Virus record (IMG/VR): IMGVR_UViG_3300002835_000172
Location: 813 to 64,812 of that record
Reading direction: 5' to 3' (one strand)
Length of the DNA: 64,000 nucleotides
Origin: a virus
Taxonomy: Duplodnaviria > Caudoviricetes
In this document: piece after piece, positions 39,135 to 47,253 of the stretch
Layout of the letters: every line of letters begins with the position of its first letter
Position numbering within the stretch: position 1 is the first letter of the stretch
Program-made: the position numbers and the translations under genes
The notes under the pieces: generated by a model
Told to the model about the DNA's origin: nothing
Databases searched by the model: none
What the model saw: the letters and a program-made list of their open reading frames with translations, nothing else

Positions 39135-39694
39135 TGGCAGATGGGGCATCTCTCCCTTTTGTTTATTTAACAAACTTTCTTTCAGAGTCAAATTTTCATG
39201 CCGTTCTTGGTCAGGCTCTCAGTTCGCATGGTGCAACGAGCGAGCAAACACCTCATTTGGTTAATCTTCAAAACATTGAAACTTGGTCTATAGGCAAAAA
39301 TATTGAGAGCCTCTACCCACTTCACTGTCAAAGAAAACTGCTCAAGATAAAAGGTGGGAATATCCTTGATTTTTCTGATAACAGAGGGATGGACTATCAT
39401 CAGGATTCTGTCCCCAATAAAGACTACCCCGATGATCCAGAGATCGGTTTTACGCCAAACGCTTCTGCTGTCTACTACTTGAACGATGATTACGAGGGCG
39501 GTGAAGTGTGTTTCACTACTGAAAGACCACCGATTCAGCAAGCAACAGTTGACACCAAAGGATTAAAAAATCTATTTACGCTAAAACCTCAACCAAATTC
39601 GTGTGTGTTCTTTGATGCAAACTTGTGGCATTGGGTGAGACCAGTAACCAAGGGAAGAAGGTTCTCTTCAACATACTTTTTGCTAGTTGAATAA
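39134..39694 (+). CDS. 2OG-Fe(II) oxygenase (prolyl hydroxylase-like)
   Basis: YHQD...YYLNDDYEGGE...WH.V.PV..G.R. Confidence 0.82.
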   Translation: MADGASLPFVYLTNFLSESNFHAVLGQALSSHGATSEQTPHLVNLQNIETWSIGKNIESLYPLHCQRKLLKIKGGNILDFSDNRGMDYHQDSVPNKDYPDDPEIGFTPNASAVYYLNDDYEGGEVCFTTERPPIQQATVDTKGLKNLFTLKPQPNSCVFFDANLWHWVRPVTKGRRFSSTYFLLVE

Positions 39695-39866
39695 AGAACT
39701 AATGTGTAGAGATGCTTGAGAAAACCCACTTAGCGGAACAAGGATTTAACCATTTGGTTGATAGCGAATTAGAAAAACTACGTATAGAGGTAGCGGATCT
39801 AAAGAAACAGATTGATTACCTTAAAAGCGACTTGAGGTATTACGAGTTTCAGGCAACAACAAAACT

Positions 39867-40268
39867 TTAGTTGTTTTTAAATTCAGCCCATGTTTTGTCG
39901 CCAACACCAAAGTACTCACGAGCGTAACCAGCCTGAATGATGTCTATGTTTAGGCAGGCGGTTTTGGGATCGTTGATCTGATCAGAACTGAAGATACGCG
40001 CAAGAATGCGACCGTACTTGTCGTTCTTGTCGGGGATTGTATTAACAAAAACCCACTCATGACTTGTCAGCCAATCTTCAGTGAATTTCTTTGCTTTTAG
40101 ACCTAATTCTTTTTCCTTCAAATCCTTCGTCCGAGACTCTGGTGTATTTATTCCATACAAACGAACACGCATTTTGTGATGGATATTGAAACCTAGATCA
40201 ACCATAAGTTCAACAGTGTCACCGTCAACAACTTTCAATAACTTAGCCCCATACCAAAATCGTTCCAC
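39867..40268 (-). CDS. thermonuclease (SNase-like)
   Basis: KVVDGDT, RVRLYGINTPES, DKYGRILA. Confidence 0.9.
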   Translation of the reverse strand: MERFWYGAKLLKVVDGDTVELMVDLGFNIHHKMRVRLYGINTPESRTKDLKEKELGLKAKKFTEDWLTSHEWVFVNTIPDKNDKYGRILARIFSSDQINDPKTACLNIDIIQAGYAREYFGVGDKTWAEFKNN

Positions 40269-40270
40269 AA

Positions 40271-41032
40271 TTAATCCTTTTCTTTAGAGTTTTTGTATCG
40301 TTCAAGCATTCGTTTGCCTTTAGCGGCAAGCATCCTCGCATCGTCTGCGTTTTGTGGAACTGGCTCGCCCCAAGCGGCTGCCGATAAAGCAAGCCGTGTT
40401 GGTTTACCTTTTTCATCTTTCATTGGTCCTGAAGGATTAGTGAAAAACCTAGTTAGGAATGAACCTTTTCTCCGCATCTTTTCTGGTGTGTCGGCTCTGC
40501 CTTTAACACCGGGCTTCAGGTTAGATCCTTCTGTTCTATTGAAGTGCGCACGACCAGCGGCAGTTAAACCACCCTTTGGATCACGCAACGGTTTAGCAGA
40601 CTTCTCTTCAACGATCGGACCACCAGTAACCCATGCGCGACAAGTCCTCTTTGATGCACACTTGAAATCAAACGCTTCGCAATATCCAAGTTCGCCAGCG
40701 CTATCAATTGCTTCCCATTCATCTTTGCGCTCACCGCCAGTAACACCCTTTTCCATGCAATCTTTCATAGACGGGGTTTGTATAAACAAAGCGCAATTTC
40801 CGCACAGTTGTTTTTTTGCTGACGCAGTATCAACATCCCATTCTTTTGCTATCTTGCCCCAATAATCGTTATTAGGTTCAGAAGGATTTAGCGGACCATA
40901 CATTGCTGTCTTAATTGCCTTGCCACGGTTGCTCAGGTTCGTCGCAATATCCTGAGTCGCTTTAGGGCATTTCTTTTCTGCTTTTACCCGAACATGTATT
41001 TGTTGTTCAGCAATGATGTCAGTGAATTTCAT
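40271..41032 (-). CDS. two-domain phage head-region protein (Cys-rich domain + DUF6321-like domain)
   Basis: CPKATQD..YGP.NP..CGNC..GYC..FDFKC..RTC.AW, then DPKGGLTAAGR..NLKPGV..RRKGSF. Confidence 0.6.
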   Translation of the reverse strand: MKFTDIIAEQQIHVRVKAEKKCPKATQDIATNLSNRGKAIKTAMYGPLNPSEPNNDYWGKIAKEWDVDTASAKKQLCGNCALFIQTPSMKDCMEKGVTGGERKDEWEAIDSAGELGYCEAFDFKCASKRTCRAWVTGGPIVEEKSAKPLRDPKGGLTAAGRAHFNRTEGSNLKPGVKGRADTPEKMRRKGSFLTRFFTNPSGPMKDEKGKPTRLALSAAAWGEPVPQNADDARMLAAKGKRMLERYKNSKEKD

Positions 41033-41057
41033 ATGTTCTCATTATCCCACAAAAAGC

Positions 41058-41099
41058 AAAAAACCCCGCCCCAACCTTGCGGTCAGAGCGGGGTTTTTT
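41058..41099 (-). terminator. intrinsic terminator after the major capsid gene
   Basis: AAAAAACCCCGC...GCGGGGTTTTTT. Confidence 0.8.
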
Positions 41100-41110
41100 A
41101 ATTGCTTAGA

Positions 41111-42433
41111 TTATGCTGATGGAGCCGCGTTGAACGAAACCTTCACGAAGGATTCTGGGCGCTTAACTGCAAGAGCCAAACGCTGTTCAGCAAGGATCAC
41201 AATTGCGTTACGCACGAAGAAGTCTGCATGCTGTTCGCTGATGCGAATGCTTGCTGACTCACGGTCGTAAATCTGTGCTCCCGTACCGAATGCTCCGATA
41301 AGTGCAGTGCCTTCAGTCATTGCAGGAGTGTCCACAACAGGGATCCTCCACAACTTCTGCTCGCCACCCATTGCAACCGAGACTGCTACGACATAAGCGC
41401 CGTTGCCGTCCTTGGTCAATTCAATGTCTTCCCAATCGTTCGGGTGCAATACAACGCCCGATGGCTCGTAGTAAGCCAAGAATGAGAGGGTAGCGGCACG
41501 ACGGAGTGCGTCTGCCTTGGTGTCGGTCATACCTGCGGTTGCCGAGTAGAAACCCGACGACCAGTTGTAGGTCTGAATGCCACTGGTGTTCAAGATACCT
41601 GTAAGGTTCTCGCCCGTTCCTGAACCGTTAAGGATCTGTGCATCTTCCTGCAAGCGGAGACCGTACATCAACTCGTTGTCAATGATTGAGCGCAGTTGTG
41701 GCTCATCAGCAAGAACATTGCGGTGTGCGGCTTCCCAGTGAGCCAAAGTGCGAACAGGAGCCTGCTCACCAACGAAGGTGAAAGACGACTGTGGCTTGGC
41801 TGCAAATGCGGAACCATTACGCTCAGCAACAGGTGCCGCGTTGTTGGTGAATCCGGTCATGCGGAAGTATTCAATGATTGCAGCAGTTGTGGTGCGACTT
41901 GGGAACAAGTCACGAACACGCTTGGTGCGCATTGGAGGAACAACAAGGGCATCGCGTTGGATTGTTCCAAACGAACCTGGGGTACCAGTTGGAAGTGCCG
42001 AGTACAAGTCTTTCTGACTGTAAACTTCACTGCTTGACTTGTATGGTGCTGGCATGTTTGCCGAACCACTTGCCAAAAGGGACTTGAACTCTGCTGAAGC
42101 AAGGAATGCCTCACCAATGCTCTTGCGACCAAATGACTGTACTACTTGTTGCATTTCCTGCGAAGCGAAAGCCGAAGCCTGTGCTACTGAGTCCTGTGGT
42201 TGTGAAGCCCATTGGTCAGCATCGCGCATTGCCTCAAGACCCTCAACTAGGCTCTTGATTTCGCGGATGTCTGCCATGTTCTTATCAAACGCGGTCTTTT
42301 GTTCTGCGGATACTACTACGGTGCCGTCTTCAATTTTGAAGTTGTCGGCGATGGTCTTGTTTTCTGCCATCTTGGTGCGCATTGCACCTTGAAGTTCAGT
42401 TAAACGGCTGTTGTCAAATGACATGTTGTTCAC
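41111..42433 (-). CDS. major capsid protein, HK97 fold
   Basis: N-terminal coiled-coil delta domain; EDAQILNGSGTGENLTGILN, LWRIPVV, FVRNAIVILAEQRL...RPESF. Confidence 0.95.
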   Translation of the reverse strand: MNNMSFDNSRLTELQGAMRTKMAENKTIADNFKIEDGTVVVSAEQKTAFDKNMADIREIKSLVEGLEAMRDADQWASQPQDSVAQASAFASQEMQQVVQSFGRKSIGEAFLASAEFKSLLASGSANMPAPYKSSSEVYSQKDLYSALPTGTPGSFGTIQRDALVVPPMRTKRVRDLFPSRTTTAAIIEYFRMTGFTNNAAPVAERNGSAFAAKPQSSFTFVGEQAPVRTLAHWEAAHRNVLADEPQLRSIIDNELMYGLRLQEDAQILNGSGTGENLTGILNTSGIQTYNWSSGFYSATAGMTDTKADALRRAATLSFLAYYEPSGVVLHPNDWEDIELTKDGNGAYVVAVSVAMGGEQKLWRIPVVDTPAMTEGTALIGAFGTGAQIYDRESASIRISEQHADFFVRNAIVILAEQRLALAVKRPESFVKVSFNAAPSA

Positions 42434-42558
42434 TCCTAGTGAATTGGATTTGGTTGGTGATTACTTATGTTTTTATTGCAGACTTCGGTAAGCACCTAGT
42501 CCAGTTACTATTACTGTAATACGAGAATAACATCAAAGTAGTATTAAAAATGCAACCC

Positions 42559-43698
42559 CTAAAAAGTTAGGGAATTTGAGTAGTGTCGTTTCACTACTCG
42601 TGGGCAACAGCCTTTGGAATATTTGACGCCGTATTCGCCTTCTTGGAATCCAGCCCACTTTTTGCTTGTTTTGCGGTTTCTCCATGGGTGATCCAACGGG
42701 AGTAGGTCGTTGTCATCAAAGTATTTTACATCGGCAGGTTTGTCTGAGTTCAGCAACGCCAAAAACTTGTAGACGCGCTTCTTGGCAATCTCTTTTGAAC
42801 CATCTTCCAAGCCTCGCATGAAAACTATTTTGAGGTCACGAAGGTTGGTTTTTGCTGTTGTTTTTGCTTTAGCGTTGTTGTTTCTTACTCGTACAGCCAA
42901 ATCATTGATATCGCCACTTGTCACGGTTGGTGGTTTCTTTTTAGGTTTCGGTACACCCTTGAAAGACACCAGACCAGTCTGAGCCATTGAACCCTGATCA
43001 TCCTTTTTACCAAAACCCGCCCCCTTTCGGCGAGGTTTATTCCTAGGGCTGTTATCCCCTCGGATACCTGTGACGCGGTTGTAGTCAGACACATTAGAAC
43101 ATGGAAGCCAAACAAGTTTCCCATCCCGTGCCGTATAACGGCGAATACCGATACAGCCAAGATTCCTTGAACGGATACGAGCAGAATCAGGATCGCTGAA
43201 CGTATCAGGGTCTGTTGAACGGCTAACAAAGTTAACGAAACCCTTTTCTTCTAAAGACTTACCAGAAAACGAGCCTGTTACAAGTCCGCCACCCGGCAAG
43301 GTTGCGATACCGGAAATAGGTTTCTCATCAAGGTTCTCCCAACCCCGTTTAGGTGCCTTGTGGTTACAAACCGCATAATACTTTTTCCCTGCAAGAAGGA
43401 TGGTTCGCACACCACCACAACCACGAGCCTTAGAAATAGCGACAGCATCAGCACGATTCTCGTAATATGCATCAGACTTTGTTTCTAAACGCTTTGTCCG
43501 TTGAACCATTTTCGGCAACGGCTTCTTCTTCTTAGAAGCACGAACTTTCAAGTATTCGTCTTTGCCTTTTTTGATGGCTTCATATTCTTCACGCGAGGCG
43601 CAAGGCATCCAACCTTTGCCGTCTTCGTATACGCCTTGGCATCCAAGCATGCGTGCAACACGAAGAGCCTGATCTCGCGTTGTTTTAGGATCGGTCAT
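42559..43698 (-). CDS. multidomain head-region protein with three DUF3721-like 'A..LGC.G...W.PC' repeats
   Basis: ARMLGCQG..WMPC, SKARGCGG..YAVC, SRNLGCIG..WLPC; C-terminal RV.KFL...DNDLLP.DHP domain. Confidence 0.6.
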   Translation of the reverse strand: MTDPKTTRDQALRVARMLGCQGVYEDGKGWMPCASREEYEAIKKGKDEYLKVRASKKKKPLPKMVQRTKRLETKSDAYYENRADAVAISKARGCGGVRTILLAGKKYYAVCNHKAPKRGWENLDEKPISGIATLPGGGLVTGSFSGKSLEEKGFVNFVSRSTDPDTFSDPDSARIRSRNLGCIGIRRYTARDGKLVWLPCSNVSDYNRVTGIRGDNSPRNKPRRKGAGFGKKDDQGSMAQTGLVSFKGVPKPKKKPPTVTSGDINDLAVRVRNNNAKAKTTAKTNLRDLKIVFMRGLEDGSKEIAKKRVYKFLALLNSDKPADVKYFDDNDLLPLDHPWRNRKTSKKWAGFQEGEYGVKYSKGCCPRVVKRHYSNSLTF

Positions 43699-43705
43699 TT
43701 ATTTA

Positions 43706-43939
43706 TTATTCCGCCGTGTAAGGCATAGACATACCGTATTGTTCAAATAGTTCATCAATCTTTGAAGAATTCTCGCTATCCATCAAAAACAATACCATTG
43801 ATTCAAGATCTCCATCTTCACCAGTTTCGTCAGCGTATCCAGTAGCAATTGAAATAATCTTTGAACGCGTCTCCGAATTTTTGATAGTTGACAACAATTG
43901 GTCTTTTATTGAATTTTTTTGTTCTTCTGAAAGTTTCAC
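43706..43939 (-). CDS. small acidic partner ORF downstream of the GNAT-like protein (candidate immunity)
   Basis: 77 aa; overlaps the stop codon of 43936-46908 by 4 nt. Confidence 0.55.
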   Translation of the reverse strand: MKLSEEQKNSIKDQLLSTIKNSETRSKIISIATGYADETGEDGDLESMVLFLMDSENSSKIDELFEQYGMSMPYTAE

Positions 43940-46908
43940 GCGTTGCCCCTTGGTATTGCTCGTGCTCTTTGTCTCCGTGGAGCAGTTCCACCTATCTTGT
44001 TTTTAGCAAAAGAGAAAGTTCCACTACTAAACGGAAGATTGCTCTTGAACCAATGCTTAACAAACTCCCTGCGGACTTTGTCATTAGCGGGATCATCAAT
44101 AGCAAAAATCCAATCTTGGTGAATAAACTTTTTACCGCCACGAGTTTGAGCAATCATTGATTTGATTCTAAAATACTCCGCTTCAGAGTTAATCAAACCA
44201 CCCGCACCAAAGTTTTCATAAAAAGATAGCGCTTTTTTGAATCCCCCTAGTCTGTTTTCGGGTATATTGCCACCATTAAAACCAACTCTCGCCCAAACAT
44301 ATTGACCGTCATCAACTGCACCAACTTTTGCTTTACTGATACCAATCTGCTTTAAGAAAAGAAACGCATGCTGATTATAGATTGTCTGTATGTCAGCGCC
44401 TCTGTCCATTTTGCTTCTCACGAACATGGTTGATTGTTTTACATATCCACTATTTACGCTCACGAGGCGACCGGAATCACCAATTGCTGCACGAACAATA
44501 TTCCCGTTTGCATCAATTTCATTGAATACGACACTCACGCTGTGCTGATCGTTGTTCCCTATTCGCACCGTTGCTACCGCATTGTAAAGTTTTCCATTTG
44601 CACCCTCAATACGAGAATGACCATACGCTTCTTCTAAATACTTCTTTTTCCCCGCAAAGTCAAGCGAGCGCCATTTTTCTGGCGTCATATCCTCAAATGG
44701 TTTCTTTCCAGTACCGTAACGCTTTTCCATATACTTAGCAAGTTTTCCGCTACGACGCTTTATGGCATCGTCAATTTGTGATTTGATCTTCTTCACAACA
44801 TCTTCGTCTAGTGGTTTCACAACACCAGTTGCGTCAGGGTTGAAATTCAATCCTCTTTGAATTCTTTTTACTGCTTTGTCAACTTCAGGTTCAAAACGAT
44901 CATAATTCTTCAGCATCTGCTCGTATCGTCCAATACTTTCTTTCATTTTGGCAATATCTTTTGCCTTGCTGACGCGTAGTTCTTCCATTTGCGTTGGACT
45001 GAGATTTCCTGTTGGGTTCTTTATTAAAGCCCAAGCACTATCAACAGCGGCTTTGTCCCTGTTCAAAGCCTCACTGAGTTTGAGTCTGTTTAAAGCAATT
45101 CTTCGCACATAGGATGCTTGTGCTTCTTCAATTGTTTTTTTCAAATCAATTTGAGGATTGGCTTTATATTTCTCAATTATTGATTGAAGCAAATCTTGAA
45201 AATCTCTTTCAGCAGCCATTCGACCCTGATTGTCATTAAATATCATTTCGTCAATATGCCGCCCAAAGTTTTGTAGATTTTTAGGGTCTTTGATTTGGAG
45301 CAATACATCTTCTACGATTTTTTCGTTTGCCGTAGAAAGGTTCGCTACGTCTATTTTTGCTGGTTTGAATACAAGTTCAGATGGTGATTCATCACCAATG
45401 TTTGGAGGATTTGGTTTAACTCGTTTTGGTGTTTTGAATGGTGCGTCAATCGGGTCAATCGCAGGTACGGGAGCGGCGACTTCATCTTTGTTGGCATCAA
45501 GAATTTCCTGCCACGAATCGCGGTAATCCTTAATGTATGTCTTGACTCGTGCGATATTGATTTTTTCACCATTTCGTTCAATGAAGTCATTGTCTGAAAG
45601 TTCGCCTCTGTCAATTGCTTGTTGTAGACGCTCCAACCTTGCGTTTGATGCAGTAATTTTTGCGCTTGCTTCATCCCTTTTATCTCTTTTTCTGGCAGGA
45701 GTTTGCGGAAAATTGGCTGGATCATTAACAATCATTATTCGGTCATTTGGAATGACGTCACGAACAACATATTCTTGAAAATTGTCGTCGTTCAACGCTT
45801 GATTCAAGTCAACTTTTCGTGCAGCCTTCCTTGCTCGTTTTCTTTTTTGTGCGTCAGCGATGGCAGCCAGAGCCATCGCCTCACGGTTTCGCCTCATCTC
45901 CTCTGAACGAGCCGCGTTGTCGCTATCTCCGCGAGGTGCTGGTTTTGGAACCCTTCGCTGTTCTGATTCAGCGTTGAGCATCGCGCCTATGTCACCTTCA
46001 GGGTTTTTCCTAGGGCGACGAGGTTTAACAATCTTTGGCTCAACTATAGGTTTTTCAACAGCATTTTCTTTTTCTTGTTTTGGTGCTTTTGGCTTCTTTG
46101 TTGCTTCAACAACTGCACGGCGACGACGGCGAGCAGGTGCTTCGCCAGTACGCGGTGCACCGGGTTGTTCAATTTCACGATCCATGCGTCGTTGTTCTGA
46201 TTCGCGTAGATTACCTTCACCCCTTGGCTGTACTGCACGCCGTCTGCGGGCAGGACGAGCAACAGCATTGCGTCGTTTCAATTCCGCAATTACACGCTTG
46301 TAATCGTCGCTGTCTCTTCCGCCAGTAGCGTTTTCTAATTCGTCACGCATTTCTTGCAGAACATTTAGTGGTTCAGCCGCGAGGAGATTCCTATTGTTAC
46401 GAGGCGGACGAGCAGGGGCTAATTCTCGTGGTGTGTCAGGTGCATCAACCGATGGTGGTCGAGCAACAACAGTTCGCCTACGATCACCACGAGGGCTAGG
46501 TGCGTCTCCGCCGTCCAATCGTTCGGCAACGCCACGCAAACCTTGCTCAAGACGACCAGCGCCACCACCATTGGGATTAAGTCTTGCAAGTATCCGTCGT
46601 TCACGGCGAGCAATACGACGACCCCTACGAGCATCATCAACATTTTCCAAGCGTTGACCAATGTCAGATATTTGGTTTGCAATCCGACGGGCTACACCCC
46701 ATCCACAGGATCTACCAAAACGATCAGTTATTTGTCCACCGTAACGAGTACCAACTGGACAACGCCATCCACCGCGACGGTTGGTTCCCGGTATGGAAAG
46801 ACTCGGATCCCACATAGCACGGACAGCCTTAACTTCGTAAGCCATCGTTGACGTGTTTCTTTCACTAAGGAAAGATTTTGCTTTAAAGTCAACAATGTTC
46901 TGAAGCAT
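43936..46908 (-). CDS. large effector-like protein: shared N-terminal RCPVG module + Arg/Pro linker + GNAT-like C-terminal domain
   Basis: WDPSLSIPGTNRRGGWRCPVGTRYGGQITDR at the N-terminus; C-terminal RGADIQT...GI..A.V.A..DGQYVWARVGF. Confidence 0.65.
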   Translation of the reverse strand: MLQNIVDFKAKSFLSERNTSTMAYEVKAVRAMWDPSLSIPGTNRRGGWRCPVGTRYGGQITDRFGRSCGWGVARRIANQISDIGQRLENVDDARRGRRIARRERRILARLNPNGGGAGRLEQGLRGVAERLDGGDAPSPRGDRRRTVVARPPSVDAPDTPRELAPARPPRNNRNLLAAEPLNVLQEMRDELENATGGRDSDDYKRVIAELKRRNAVARPARRRRAVQPRGEGNLRESEQRRMDREIEQPGAPRTGEAPARRRRRAVVEATKKPKAPKQEKENAVEKPIVEPKIVKPRRPRKNPEGDIGAMLNAESEQRRVPKPAPRGDSDNAARSEEMRRNREAMALAAIADAQKRKRARKAARKVDLNQALNDDNFQEYVVRDVIPNDRIMIVNDPANFPQTPARKRDKRDEASAKITASNARLERLQQAIDRGELSDNDFIERNGEKINIARVKTYIKDYRDSWQEILDANKDEVAAPVPAIDPIDAPFKTPKRVKPNPPNIGDESPSELVFKPAKIDVANLSTANEKIVEDVLLQIKDPKNLQNFGRHIDEMIFNDNQGRMAAERDFQDLLQSIIEKYKANPQIDLKKTIEEAQASYVRRIALNRLKLSEALNRDKAAVDSAWALIKNPTGNLSPTQMEELRVSKAKDIAKMKESIGRYEQMLKNYDRFEPEVDKAVKRIQRGLNFNPDATGVVKPLDEDVVKKIKSQIDDAIKRRSGKLAKYMEKRYGTGKKPFEDMTPEKWRSLDFAGKKKYLEEAYGHSRIEGANGKLYNAVATVRIGNNDQHSVSVVFNEIDANGNIVRAAIGDSGRLVSVNSGYVKQSTMFVRSKMDRGADIQTIYNQHAFLFLKQIGISKAKVGAVDDGQYVWARVGFNGGNIPENRLGGFKKALSFYENFGAGGLINSEAEYFRIKSMIAQTRGGKKFIHQDWIFAIDDPANDKVRREFVKHWFKSNLPFSSGTFSFAKNKIGGTAPRRQRARAIPRGNA

Positions 46909-47253
46909 TTATTTCCATTTTCCTATAAGGGTGTCGTACTTGCCGTCATACTGATTTGGTTCAATGAAATCTGAAGGATTTGGCGTATAGCCATTCCAAT
47001 CCCAAAAACTCTCAAGTGATAATGCTTCGTATTCATACTTCTTTTTGTCATTTTCAACTTTTGACAATCTCTCCTTAAGAGAAGATAACCAATTCTTGTC
47101 GTTTTCATTTTCTTTTGGATTTACATATATAGAAACTTTTCCGTTTTTGATTACAACGATGTTGCGTGGTTCCTGTTTCTTTGCTTCATCATCAGAAAAG
47201 AAACTTACAAAATATCCATCTTCAATCATTTGTTTCTCCCTATGGTCTTGCAA
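46909..47253 (-). CDS. small partner ORF downstream of a kinase-like protein
   Basis: 114 aa, AT-rich, sits between two large effector-like genes. Confidence 0.55.
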   Translation of the reverse strand: MQDHREKQMIEDGYFVSFFSDDEAKKQEPRNIVVIKNGKVSIYVNPKENENDKNWLSSLKERLSKVENDKKKYEYEALSLESFWDWNGYTPNPSDFIEPNQYDGKYDTLIGKWK

